Assembly (NCBI GenBank): GCA_963780355.1
Contig: CAWABT010000004.1
Coordinates: 17,724-81,723 of the forward strand
Origin: an uncultured Actinomycetota bacterium
GTDB taxonomy: Bacteria; Actinomycetota; Actinomycetes; Propionibacteriales; Nocardioidaceae
Reading direction: 5' to 3'
Length of the DNA: 64,000 nt
In this document: positions 1 through 9,364 of the stretch, in pieces
How the letters are laid out: every line of letters begins with the position of its first letter
Numbering within the stretch: position 1 is the first letter of the stretch
Translations under genes and position numbers: made by a program
The notes under the pieces: model-generated
The model's input: only the letters and a program-made list of their open reading frames with translations
Database searches by the model: none
Told to the model about the DNA's origin: nothing

Positions 1-576
1 GATGTCGCCACGGGGCTCGTTGGGCTTGGGCTCGAGGGCGAAGCGGAGGTCGTAGCCCTGGTCGAGCACGTACTGACCGAGCACGTCGAAGGCCTCGCGG
101 TAGCGGTCGAGCGCCGTGCGCACGTCCTTCGCGGCACCCGACTCCGCGCCCTCGCGGCCGCCCCAGGCCACGAACACCGAGGCCCCGAGCTCGGCGGCCA
201 GGTCGATGTTGGCGAGGGTCTTGCGCAGCGCGAACCGGCGCACGTCGCGGTCGTTGTTGGTGAAGCCGCCGTCGCGGAACACCGGGTGCGAGAAGAGGTT
301 GGTGGTGACCATCGGGATGGTCAGCCCGGTGTCGGCCACCGCCTGACGCAGCTCGCCGAGCAGCCGGTCGCGCTCGCCGGCGCTCGACCCGAAGGGCACG
401 ACGTCGTCGTCGTGGAAGGTGATGCCGCCGGCGCCGAGCTCGGCCAGCTTCTCGACGGCGAGCCGGGCCGGCAGCGGCGGGCGGACCGCGCCGCCGAACA
501 CGTCGACGCCCTGCCAGCCGACGGTCCAGAGCCCGAAGGTGAAACGGTCCTGCCGGGTCGGTGTGTAGTCGTCCAC
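1..576 (-). CDS. xylA: Xylose isomerase (class I, actinobacterial), 3' end outside window
   Basis: Manual translation of the minus strand from GTG at 576 gives [29 protein letters not shown]...[12 protein letters not shown]; GAGGAG RBS upstream; adjacent to a sugar ABC transporter and ROK regulator. Confidence 0.95.
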   Translation of the reverse strand, partial: MDDYTPTRQDRFTFGLWTVGWQGVDVFGGAVRPPLPARLAVEKLAELGAGGITFHDDDVVPFGSSAGERDRLLGELRQAVADTGLTIPMVTTNLFSHPVFRDGGFTNNDRDVRRFALRKTLANIDLAAELGASVFVAWGGREGAESGAAKDVRTALDRYREAFDVLGQYVLDQGYDLRFALEPKPNEPRGDI

Positions 577-599
577 CGCTGACTCCTCGCTGTGAAGGT

Positions 600-682
600 C
601 TTGTGTGCGTAACCAACAAACCCGGCCCGATCTGACTATTGCCACGCGGGGGTCACGTCTCTATGTTGTGGCAAGCAACATA
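600..682. promoter_or_regulatory. Two candidate ROK/XylR-type operators in the divergent xylA-transporter intergenic region
   Basis: Perfect palindrome TATGTTG-N7-CAACATA at 662-682 and imperfect CTTGTGT-N7-CAACAAA at 600-620; AT-rich in a high-GC background. Confidence 0.55.
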
Positions 683-761
683 TAGGTGACGGTCATCACA
701 CGACAACCGGAACCGGCAGCAACTGAATGAGCCCAGCCAACGGACGAAGGAGAACGGGCGC

Positions 762-1889
762 ATGACGAGGTCTAGGTGGAGCGGTGTGGCGCGGACGGCG
801 TCGCTGGCCGCAGTGGGGGTGCTGGCGACCGCGATGCTCGCGGCCTGCGGCGACGACCCGGGTAGCGGGGGCGGCGAGGGCGAGGGCGGTGGTTCGGTCG
901 GAGTGATCCTGCCCGACGCGGAGACGTCCCCCCGGTGGGAGAACAACGACCGGCCGAGCCTGCAGAAGGCGTTCGACGACGCCGGCATCGAGGCCGACAT
1001 CCAGAACGCCCAGGGCGACACCGGGACGTTCGGCCAGATCTGCGACAGCATGATCAACAACGGCGTCAACGTGCTGATCATCGTCAACCTCGACTCCGAC
1101 TCCGGCGGCGCGTGCCTCAAGAAGGCCGCCGACGCCGGCATCCAGAGCATCGACTACGACCGCCTCACCCTCGGTGGCGGCGCGTCGTACTACGTGTCCT
1201 TCGACAACGTGCTGGTCGGCGAGCTCATGGGTCAGGGCCTCATCGACTGCCTCGACGCCAAGAGCAAGCCGAAGGCCAACATCGTCTACGTGAACGGTGC
1301 GGCCACCGACAACAACGCGGCCCTGTTCAAGGAGGGCTACGAGAAGGCGCTCGCCGCCAAGATCGACGGCGGCGACTACACGCTGGTCGGCGACCAGAGC
1401 GGTGAGTGGGACGCCACCCGCGCCGGCACCGTCTTCGAGCAGATGTACACCGAGAACGACGGCAAGATCGACGGCGTCGTCTCCGCCAACGACACGATGG
1501 CCGGCGGCGTCATCGCCCGGCTGCGCGCCCAGAAGCTGAACGGTGAGGTGCCCGTCACCGGCCAGGACGCCTCGATCGAGGGCCTGCAGAACATCCTGTC
1601 CGGCGACCAGTGCATGACGGTCTACAAGAACACCAACCTCGAGGCCGACCTGGTCTCGAAGCTGGCGATCGCGCTGATCAACGGCGACAAGGACGAGGCC
1701 GACTCCCTCGTCACCGGCTCGGTGCCCGACACCGAGACCGGCGAGGACGTGCCCTCGGCCCTGGCCGAGCCGGAGACCATCACGCTGGACAACATCTCCA
1801 CGCCGGTCGACGACGGCTTCGCCGACGCCGGCGAGCTGTGCGCGGACGACTTCGCCACGCTGTGCGAGGAGAACGGCATCACGCCGTAA
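762..1889 (+). CDS. xylF: Sugar (probably D-xylose) ABC transporter substrate-binding lipoprotein
   Basis: Lipobox LAAC; XylF/ChvE-like motifs ETSPRWE, SIDYDRL, YYVSFDN, PVTGQDA; divergent from xylA. Confidence 0.85.
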   Translation: MTRSRWSGVARTASLAAVGVLATAMLAACGDDPGSGGGEGEGGGSVGVILPDAETSPRWENNDRPSLQKAFDDAGIEADIQNAQGDTGTFGQICDSMINNGVNVLIIVNLDSDSGGACLKKAADAGIQSIDYDRLTLGGGASYYVSFDNVLVGELMGQGLIDCLDAKSKPKANIVYVNGAATDNNAALFKEGYEKALAAKIDGGDYTLVGDQSGEWDATRAGTVFEQMYTENDGKIDGVVSANDTMAGGVIARLRAQKLNGEVPVTGQDASIEGLQNILSGDQCMTVYKNTNLEADLVSKLAIALINGDKDEADSLVTGSVPDTETGEDVPSALAEPETITLDNISTPVDDGFADAGELCADDFATLCEENGITP

Positions 1890-2011
1890 CCACCCCCGGC
1901 TGAGCCCTCCCTCGGGCTCATCCCGCTCCCGGTCGGGTCGCGGCGCCCCCGCGGCCCGGCCGGGTCACCACGCACACTGCACCGAACCCGAACGACTCCG
2001 AGGAGACCCCC

Positions 2012-2845
2012 GTGTCCGTCGACGCACCCGAGTCCGCGCCGCCCACGCCGGCCGCCGACGACGAGATCGCGCCGCTCCTGAGCCTGCGCGGCGTGCAGAA
2101 GAGCTTCGGTCCCGTCCACGTGCTGAAGGGCGTCGACCTCGACGTCCGCCCCGGGCGGGTCACCGCCCTCGTCGGCGACAACGGCGCCGGCAAGAGCACC
2201 CTGATCAAGGGCATCGCCGGCATCCACGCCTTCGACGCCGGCGGCTACACCTTCGAGGGCCGCCCGGTCACGGTGCACGGCCCGCGTGACGCCAGCGCCC
2301 TCGGCATCGAGGTCGTCTACCAGGACCTCGCGTTGTGCGACAACCTCGACGTCGTCGACAACATGTTCCTCGGCCGCGAGCTCAAGAGCCGCGGCACCCT
2401 CGACAACGACTCGATGGAGGAGCGGGCGCGCGAGACCCTCGACGGCCTGTCGGTCCGCACCCTCCAGTCGGTGCGGACGCCGGTCGCGGCGCTCTCCGGC
2501 GGCCAGCGGCAGACGGTCGCGATCGCCCGCGCCGTGCTCTGGAACTCCCGCATCGTCATCCTCGACGAGCCCACCGCCGCCCTCGGCGTCGCGCAGACCG
2601 AGCAGGTGCTCGCGCTCGTGCGCCGGCTCGCCGACAAGGGCCTCGGTGTGGTGCTCATCAGCCACAACCTCAACGAGGTCTTCGAGGTCGCCGACGACAT
2701 CGCGGTGCTCTACCTCGGCCGGATGGTCGCGCAGGTGGACGTCGAGTCGGTCACCCGCAACCAGGCCGTCGAGCTGATCACCGCCGGCCACTCCGGCGAC
2801 CTCGGCATCTCGCCGGCCGCAGCCCAGGACGGAGACGCGCTGTGA
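2012..2845 (+). CDS. Sugar ABC transporter ATP-binding protein
   Basis: Walker A GDNGAGKST, LSGGQRQ signature, ILDEPT. Confidence 0.93.
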   Translation: MSVDAPESAPPTPAADDEIAPLLSLRGVQKSFGPVHVLKGVDLDVRPGRVTALVGDNGAGKSTLIKGIAGIHAFDAGGYTFEGRPVTVHGPRDASALGIEVVYQDLALCDNLDVVDNMFLGRELKSRGTLDNDSMEERARETLDGLSVRTLQSVRTPVAALSGGQRQTVAIARAVLWNSRIVILDEPTAALGVAQTEQVLALVRRLADKGLGVVLISHNLNEVFEVADDIAVLYLGRMVAQVDVESVTRNQAVELITAGHSGDLGISPAAAQDGDAL

Positions 2846-4128
2846 GCACCACGACCACCCCGCCGGACACGCCGTCCAACCCGGCCGAGGCGATCGCCGC
2901 GGCCCAGTCGCAGTCGGCCGGCCTGGGCGACGTCGCCCGCGCCTACCTCGTCAAGCTGCGCGGCGGCGACGTCGGCTCGCTGCCGGCGATCCTCGGCCTC
3001 ATCACGCTCATCATCGTCTTCTCGAGCCTGCGCCCCCAGAGCTTCACCAACTCGTTCAACTTCGCGAACCTCATCAACCAGTCCGCCGGCGTCGTGGTGC
3101 TGGCGATGGGCCTGGTGTTCGTGCTGCTCCTCGGCGAGATCGACCTCTCGGCAGGCTTCGCGGGCGGGACGTCGGCAGCAGTGCTCGGCTTCGCCTTGAC
3201 GAAGCAGGGGGTGTCACTCCCCTCCAGCATCATCCTCGGTCTCACGGTGGGCGCCGCGATCGGCCTGGCCATCGGCCTGCTCGTGGCCAAGCTCGGCATC
3301 CCGTCGTTCGTGGTCACGCTCGCGGCGTTCCTCGCCCTCAAGGGCGTGCTGCTGAAGGTGGTCGGCGAGGGCAAGACGATCAGCTACCGCAACGACAAGA
3401 TCCTCGCCCTCAACAACGACACGCTCCCGGTGTGGCTCGGCTGGACCCTCGCCGTCGTCGGCATCCTGGCCTTCGCCGGCTTCACCCTGGTCCGCAACCT
3501 GCGCCGCCGGCACCGCGGCCTGGTGGCCGAGCCGATGCTGCTGTGGGTCATCAAGACAGTCGTGCTGTCGGCGATCGTGCTCGCCGCCGTCGGCTACCTC
3601 TCGGTCGAGCGCAGCCGCAACCCGGCGTTCTCGTCCCTCAAGGGCGTCCCGCTCGTGCTGCTCGTGATCGTGATCCTCGCGCTCGTGCTGACGATCCTGC
3701 TCTCCGCGACCTCGTGGGGCCGCCACGTGTACGCCGTCGGCGGCAACACCGAGGCGGCCCGCCGGGCCGGCATCAACGTCACCTGGATCAAGCTCAGCTG
3801 CTTCATCATCTGCAGCATGACGGCGGCCCTGGCCGGCGTGCTCATCGCCAGCCGCGACAACGGCGTGAACGGCGACACCGGCGGCGAGCAGACGCTGCTG
3901 TTCGCGGTCGGCGCGGCGGTGATCGGCGGCACCAGCCTCTTCGGCGGCAAGGGCCGGGTCACCGACGCGATCATCGGCGGGCTCGTGATCGCCGTCATCG
4001 ACAACGGCATGGGCCTGCTGCAGCAGCCGCCGAGCAACGTGCAGATCGTCACCGGCCTGGTGCTGCTCCTGGCGGCCAGCGTCGACGCGATCAGCCGGCG
4101 CCGGAGCAAAGCCCAGGGATTGGGCTAG
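2842..4128 (+). CDS. Sugar ABC transporter permease (XylH-like)
   Basis: GTG start overlapping the ATPase stop (GTGA); motifs LLLGEIDLSAG, IPSFVVTLA, YAVGGNTEAARRAGI, IGGTSLFGGKG. Confidence 0.92.
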   Translation: MSTTTTPPDTPSNPAEAIAAAQSQSAGLGDVARAYLVKLRGGDVGSLPAILGLITLIIVFSSLRPQSFTNSFNFANLINQSAGVVVLAMGLVFVLLLGEIDLSAGFAGGTSAAVLGFALTKQGVSLPSSIILGLTVGAAIGLAIGLLVAKLGIPSFVVTLAAFLALKGVLLKVVGEGKTISYRNDKILALNNDTLPVWLGWTLAVVGILAFAGFTLVRNLRRRHRGLVAEPMLLWVIKTVVLSAIVLAAVGYLSVERSRNPAFSSLKGVPLVLLVIVILALVLTILLSATSWGRHVYAVGGNTEAARRAGINVTWIKLSCFIICSMTAALAGVLIASRDNGVNGDTGGEQTLLFAVGAAVIGGTSLFGGKGRVTDAIIGGLVIAVIDNGMGLLQQPPSNVQIVTGLVLLLAASVDAISRRRSKAQGLG

Positions 4129-4295
4129 CTAGTGGCTCGTCGTGACTAATTCACGGGCGTGGCGACGCCCAGGCACGCACCTCGCGGCGTTGCCGGCGCT
4201 CGCTGGACGGTCAAGTACGGCGTCGCTTCGGCGCCTTGCGATGCACGCACCTGGACGCCGCCACATCCCGTCCTTTAGCCACGACAAGCCACTAG
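4129..4295. mobile_element. MITE-like palindromic element with 21-bp imperfect terminal inverted repeats ending in CTAG
   Basis: CTAGTGGCTCGTCGTGACTAA ... TTAGCCACGACAAGCCACTAG plus nested internal inverted repeats; no coding capacity; an extra CTAG at 4125-4128. Confidence 0.7.
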
Positions 4296-4302
4296 GCCCG
4301 CC

Positions 4303-5502
4303 ATGACCACCCGCCCGGCCGGCGTCGCCTCGGACGGGCTCCGGCGCACCAACCTGCGGGCGATCCTGCAGGCGGTGCACCACCGGGGTCCCACCACGCG
4401 CGCCGTCCTCACCCGGCAGCTGGGCCTCAACCGCAGCACCATCGGCGACCTGGTGGCCGAGCTCCAGGCGCTCGGCCTGGTGAGCGAGGGCACCGGCCCG
4501 GTCGGCGGTCCCGGCCGGCCCTCCCACGTGGTGTCGCCCTGCCCGGAGAACGCCGTGGTCGCCGTCGACGTCGGCGTCGACCGGATCTCGGCCGCGGTGG
4601 TCGGCCTCGGCGGTGGTGTGAGCGAGCGCCGCACCCGGCCGCACCACCGCGGCGAGCACGACGTGGCGCACGTCGTCGAGTCGGCGGCGCAGATGGTCGA
4701 GGACCTCGTGGCCGCCACCCCCGGCGCACGCCACCTCGGCGTCGGCGTGGCGGTGCCCGGTGCGGTACGGGCGGCCGACGGCCTGGTGCAGTTCGCGCCC
4801 AACCTGGGCTGGACCCGGGCGCCGTTCACCGCGCTGCTCGCCGAGCGGCTCGCGCTCCCGGTCAACGCCGGCAACGACGCCGACCTCGGCGTGCTGGCCG
4901 AGCACGTGCGCGGCGCCGCCGTCGGGTTCACCCACCCCGCCTACCTCAACGGCTCGGTCGGCATCGGTGGCGGCTTCCTCGTCGACGGCGTCCCGCTGCG
5001 CGGTGCCCACGGCTACGCGGGCGAGGTCGGCCACCTCCAGGTCGACACCACCGGTCCGCAATGCCGGTGCGGGGCCGTCGGCTGCTGGGAGAGCCGGGCG
5101 GGGGAGAACCGGCTGCTGCAGCTCGCCGGCCGGTTGCCCGGCGGCGGCCCGGAGGCCGTCGCCGAGGTGATGGCGGCGGCCCGCAACGGCGAGGCGCGCG
5201 CCACCGATGCGTTCGCCGAGGTGGCCGGCTGGGTCGGCGTCGGGCTGCGCGCGGTGATCAACGTGTTCAACCCCGACGTCATCGTGCTCGGCGGCAGCCT
5301 CGCCCAGATCTGGGACGTCGCCGCGGACGCCGTCGACGCCGCCGTCCAGCAGGGCGCCCCGCTCGCGCCGCGCGACGAGTTGACCATCACCGCGGCCCGG
5401 CTCGGGCTCGACAGCCCGCTGGTCGGCGCCGCGGAGCTCGCCTTCGCGCGGCTCCTCGACGACCCGCAGGGCGTGGCCGGAGCGCTCACCGGTTCCGCCT
5501 GA
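4303..5502 (+). CDS. ROK-family transcriptional regulator (probable xylose repressor)
   Basis: N-terminal HTH (TTRAVLTRQLGLNRSTIGDLV); ROK motifs NDADLG, AGEVGH, CRCGAVGCWE. Confidence 0.92.
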   Translation: MTTRPAGVASDGLRRTNLRAILQAVHHRGPTTRAVLTRQLGLNRSTIGDLVAELQALGLVSEGTGPVGGPGRPSHVVSPCPENAVVAVDVGVDRISAAVVGLGGGVSERRTRPHHRGEHDVAHVVESAAQMVEDLVAATPGARHLGVGVAVPGAVRAADGLVQFAPNLGWTRAPFTALLAERLALPVNAGNDADLGVLAEHVRGAAVGFTHPAYLNGSVGIGGGFLVDGVPLRGAHGYAGEVGHLQVDTTGPQCRCGAVGCWESRAGENRLLQLAGRLPGGGPEAVAEVMAAARNGEARATDAFAEVAGWVGVGLRAVINVFNPDVIVLGGSLAQIWDVAADAVDAAVQQGAPLAPRDELTITAARLGLDSPLVGAAELAFARLLDDPQGVAGALTGSA

Positions 5503-5545
5503 GCGCCGCGGCTGCTCTACCCTCCTCGGCGTGCTGCAGACGAGC

Positions 5546-6190
5546 GTGCTCGACCGATTCAAGGGTTTCTGGCAGGGCGTGGTGCTGCGGCCCTTCATCC
5601 GGCTGTTCCTCCGGATGGGCATCGGGCCGGACGCCGTCACGCTGGTGGGCACCATCGGCGTGTGCGCCGGCGCGCTGATCTTCTTCCCGCGGGGGGAGCT
5701 GCTCATCGGCGTCCTGGTGATCACCGCCTTCGTGTTCAGCGACCTGATCGACGGTGCGATGGCGCGCGAGCTCGGCCGCGACTCCACGTTCGGAGCGTTC
5801 TGGGACTCCACCCTCGACCGGTTCGGCGACGGCGCCGTGTTCGCCGGCCTCGCGCTCTACTTCGCCCGCGACGGCGACAGCTTCCTCTACCTGTGCGTGG
5901 CGCTGTACTGCCTCGTCACCGGGTCGGTGACCTCCTACGCCCGCGCCAAGGCCGAGTCGCTCGGCATGGACGCCCGCGGCGGGATCGCCGAGCGCGCGGA
6001 CCGGCTGGTGCTGATCCTCGTGCTCACCGGCTTCTCCGACATCTTCGACACCCCCGAGCTGCTCTACGGCGCGCTGTGGGTGCTGGCCGCGGCCAGCACG
6101 GCCACCGTCGTCGTCCGCGTGCTCAAGGTCCGCCGTCAGGCACTCGCCCTCGACGCCGCCAAGTCGGCTCCGGACACCTCTCAGCCGTAG
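5546..6190 (+). CDS. pgsA: Phosphatidylinositol phosphate synthase (CDP-alcohol phosphatidyltransferase)
   Basis: Motif SDLIDGAMAR...FGAFWDSTLDRFGD and GGIAERADRL; start GTG 5546 preferred (5531 possible). Confidence 0.88.
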   Translation: MLDRFKGFWQGVVLRPFIRLFLRMGIGPDAVTLVGTIGVCAGALIFFPRGELLIGVLVITAFVFSDLIDGAMARELGRDSTFGAFWDSTLDRFGDGAVFAGLALYFARDGDSFLYLCVALYCLVTGSVTSYARAKAESLGMDARGGIAERADRLVLILVLTGFSDIFDTPELLYGALWVLAAASTATVVVRVLKVRRQALALDAAKSAPDTSQP

Positions 6191-6199
6191 GCTGGGGAC

Positions 6200-7108
6200 A
6201 TGGCTGACAGCACCACCCCGAACCACCCCGAGACCGGCACCACCCGCGTGAAGCGGGGCATGGCCGAGATGCTGAAGGGCGGCGTCATCATGGACGTCGT
6301 CACGCCCGAGCAGGCGAAGATCGCGGAGGAGGCGGGCGCCGTCGCGGTCATGGCGCTCGAGCGGGTGCCGGCCGACATCCGGGCCCAGGGCGGCGTCAGC
6401 CGGATGAGCGACCCGGACATGATCGACGAGATCATCGCCACCGTCTCGATCCCGGTGATGGCCAAGGCGCGCATCGGCCACTTCGCCGAGGCGCAGGTGC
6501 TGCAGAGCCTCGGCGTCGACTACGTCGACGAGTCCGAGGTGCTCACCCCGGCCGACTACGCCCACCACATCGACAAGTGGCGGTTCACCGTGCCGTTCGT
6601 GTGCGGCGCCACCAACCTGGGCGAGGCGCTCCGCCGCATCTCCGAGGGCGCGGCGATGATCCGCTCCAAGGGCGAGGCCGGCACCGGCGACGTCTCGAAC
6701 GCCGTCACCCACATGCGCACGATCCGGCAGGAGATCCGCCGGCTCGGCAGCCTCCCGGAGGACGAGCTGTTCGTCGCCGCCAAGGAGCTCCAGGCGCCCC
6801 ACGACCTCGTCGCCGAGGTGGCGCGCACCGGCAGCCTGCCCGTCGTCCTGTTCACCGCGGGCGGCATCGCCACCCCGGCCGACGCCGCGATGATGATGCA
6901 GCTCGGCGCCGAGGGCGTGTTCGTGGGCTCGGGCATCTTCAAGTCCGGCAACCCGGCGCAGCGCGCCGAGGCGATCGTCAAGGCCACCACGTTCCACGAC
7001 GACCCGGCGATGGTCGCCAAGGTCTCGCGCGGCCTCGGCGAGGCCATGGTCGGCATCAACGTCGAGGACCTCGCGCAGCCGCACCGGCTCGCCGAGCGCG
7101 GCTGGTAG
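6200..7108 (+). CDS. pdxS: Pyridoxal 5'-phosphate synthase lyase subunit
   Basis: [33 protein letters not shown]; TAGGCT -10 six nt before the ATG (leaderless-like). Confidence 0.98.
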   Translation: MADSTTPNHPETGTTRVKRGMAEMLKGGVIMDVVTPEQAKIAEEAGAVAVMALERVPADIRAQGGVSRMSDPDMIDEIIATVSIPVMAKARIGHFAEAQVLQSLGVDYVDESEVLTPADYAHHIDKWRFTVPFVCGATNLGEALRRISEGAAMIRSKGEAGTGDVSNAVTHMRTIRQEIRRLGSLPEDELFVAAKELQAPHDLVAEVARTGSLPVVLFTAGGIATPADAAMMMQLGAEGVFVGSGIFKSGNPAQRAEAIVKATTFHDDPAMVAKVSRGLGEAMVGINVEDLAQPHRLAERGW

Positions 7109-7109
7109 G

Positions 7110-8600
7110 TCAGCCGCCGCCGGCGGCGCAGCGGCGGCCGACGGCCTCGACCCGCGCGCTGAGCTCGGGCGACGCCTCGTCGGACTGCAGCTCTTCGACG
7201 CTGAGCTCCTCGACGACGCCCAACGCGTAGCAGCGGGCGAGGTCGTCGGGGATGCCCTGGGTGAGGACCTCGTCGAGCAGCTGGGTGCGCGAGAGCGGGA
7301 ACGAGATCACCGCCTCGTCGGCCGGGTCCTTCCTGCCGACGCCTTGGGGGTCGCAGGAGTCGAAGGTGAGGGCCTGGCGGCCGCGGTCGACGGTGGCGTC
7401 CGACGGGCCGGCCGCCGCCCACGCGTCGAGCGCGTCCGCCAGCTCGCGGGTGTCGCGCGCCGTGTCGCCGCGGTAGGCGACCCGCATGCAGCTGCGGCCC
7501 CGCTCCTCGTAACCGACGTAGGCGTCGCCGCCCCAGCCGTCGCTGGCCCGGATCGAGGTCTTGGGGTCGAGTCGCTGCGCCAGCATGAAGTAGAGCGCGA
7601 ACGCGCCGAACGTCCCGGAGTCGAACTCCTTCTCGCGGCGGCCGAGCGCCGGGTTCTCGACGTCGAGCACGTCGGTGCGGTTCGGCTCGCGCAGGAGGAG
7701 CCACGGGTCGAGCACCGCCTCCTCCGAGACCGGCGGCGCGCGCAGCAGGTCGTCGACGGCGTCGTCCCCGTCGAGCGTGACGGCGAGCTTCAGCATCTGC
7801 TCGCCCAGCACGTAGGGCGCAGCGCTGAAGCCCACCAGGGCGCGGGGGAGCCGCGCGACCCGCCGCTCGGTGCGGCGCTGGTCCTGCCGCTCGGCCCGGG
7901 TGCTGCGACCACCGCCGTGCGTCTTCTCGTACCGCGTGGCGACGCGCGAGGCGTCCCCTTCGGTGACCACCTGCAGCATCTGGGAAGCGGTGCCGTCCTC
8001 GTCCTTCGAGAGGTCCTCGAACCGGCTGCCGATGTCGAAGTGCTGGTCCTGGAGCGCGTGGGTGAGCTCGTGCACCAGGGTCTTGCGCACCTCCGTCGTG
8101 AGTCGCGTCCCGCGCACCCGGATCGTCTCGTCGTCGAACGCGTAGAAGCCCACGGTGCCGGCCTGCGCCAGCGTGCGCGTCACCGCACCCAGGTCGACGC
8201 CGTCGGCGAGCAGCCCGACCGCCCGGAACAGCCCGGCGTACTGCTCGAGCTCCTTCTCGTCCTCGGCGGTGCCCTCGTTCTTTCCGCTGACGAGCGCCTT
8301 CTCGAACGCGGCCGGCTTCAGGTAGCGCACGTAGACCGGGTGCTCGAAGGTGAGGCCGCGCTCCTTCTCGACGAAGGCCACGAGCGGCGCGACCCGGCGG
8401 TCCCACTGGTCCGGGTGCGGCGGTCCCTCGGCGGCAGGCTCGTCCCGGGCGATGTAGGTGCGGTACCCGTACCAGCCGCCAGCGGCCACGAGGGCGAGCG
8501 CGACGACGACCACCAGCACCCGCGGGGCGGTGCCCGAGAGCAGCCGGCGACGCCGGCTCGGGGCGTCGAGGGAGAGGTCCGGGGGCCAGCCGCGTCGCAC
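7110..8600 (-). CDS. Membrane-anchored putative zincin-like metallopeptidase (HExxH), uncharacterised
   Basis: N-terminal TM segment, LVHELTHALQDQHF, downstream EGDA, later GWGGD motif; start GTG 8600 follows TATCGT -10 by 6 nt. Confidence 0.7.
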   Translation of the reverse strand: MRRGWPPDLSLDAPSRRRRLLSGTAPRVLVVVVALALVAAGGWYGYRTYIARDEPAAEGPPHPDQWDRRVAPLVAFVEKERGLTFEHPVYVRYLKPAAFEKALVSGKNEGTAEDEKELEQYAGLFRAVGLLADGVDLGAVTRTLAQAGTVGFYAFDDETIRVRGTRLTTEVRKTLVHELTHALQDQHFDIGSRFEDLSKDEDGTASQMLQVVTEGDASRVATRYEKTHGGGRSTRAERQDQRRTERRVARLPRALVGFSAAPYVLGEQMLKLAVTLDGDDAVDDLLRAPPVSEEAVLDPWLLLREPNRTDVLDVENPALGRREKEFDSGTFGAFALYFMLAQRLDPKTSIRASDGWGGDAYVGYEERGRSCMRVAYRGDTARDTRELADALDAWAAAGPSDATVDRGRQALTFDSCDPQGVGRKDPADEAVISFPLSRTQLLDEVLTQGIPDDLARCYALGVVEELSVEELQSDEASPELSARVEAVGRRCAAGGG

Positions 8601-8802
8601 CAGCGCACGATAAACGCCGGTCCAGCGCACCGGCGGCGTCCGCAGTAGCACCTAGGGGTGAATCCGCTACGTCACTCCCGTCACATGCGTACCTTGAGTA
8701 GTCCTTGAGGATTCCCTGTGGCTTCGGCGCGGGTGACCTTGACCTTGGGGTCGTGGAATACGTGCAACGCATTCCTCCCCACGGATCCCCTAAGGACGCG
8801 AC

Positions 8803-9303
8803 ATGACCACCACTCGCACCACCACCTCCCCGACCAGGCGCAAGCGCAAGGTCGCCATCGTCGCCGCCGCGCTCGTCGGTGCCGCCTCCGTCGGCGCCTT
8901 CGCCTTCTGGAGCAGCACCGGCGCCGGCACCGGCTCGGCCGCCACCGGCGACGTCGCCGCGATCACGGTCGTCCAGACCAGCACCGTCTCCGGTCTGGCT
9001 CCCGGCCTCGCCGCCGAGACCCTGTCGGGCAACTTCGACAACCCGAACTCCGGCCCGGTCTACATCACGTCGGTGACCGCGAGCATCGACAGCGTCACCA
9101 AGGCCGGCGGCGCCCCCGCGGGCACCTGCGACGCCACCGACTACACGCTCTCCAACGCCGTCATGGCCGTGGGCGCCGAGGTCCCCTCGGGCACCGCGCA
9201 GGGCGCCTGGACCGGTGCCACCATCGCCTTCAACAACAAGGCCGGCGTGAACCAGGACGCCTGCAAGGGCGCCACCGTCAACCTGGCGTACTCCGCCAGC
9301 TGA
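8803..9303 (+). CDS. Secreted pilin-like subunit 1 with SipW/TasA-type signal peptide (probable major subunit)
   Basis: RRKRK + hydrophobic core + AFA|FWSS; LAPG..NPNSGPVY, two Cys, C-terminal NQDACKGATVNLAY; AAGGA RBS. Confidence 0.75.
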   Translation: MTTTRTTTSPTRRKRKVAIVAAALVGAASVGAFAFWSSTGAGTGSAATGDVAAITVVQTSTVSGLAPGLAAETLSGNFDNPNSGPVYITSVTASIDSVTKAGGAPAGTCDATDYTLSNAVMAVGAEVPSGTAQGAWTGATIAFNNKAGVNQDACKGATVNLAYSAS

Positions 9304-9310
9304 GCTGGCT

Positions 9311-9345
9311 GCGGAGGCCGCCTGCTGGGGGGCGGCGGCCTCCGC
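9311..9345 (+). terminator. 12-bp GC-rich stem-loop directly after subunit 1
   Basis: GCGGAGGCCGCC ... GGCGGCCTCCGC, no U-tract. Confidence 0.6.
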
Positions 9346-9364
9346 GCCGATTGTGTCGACTGAC

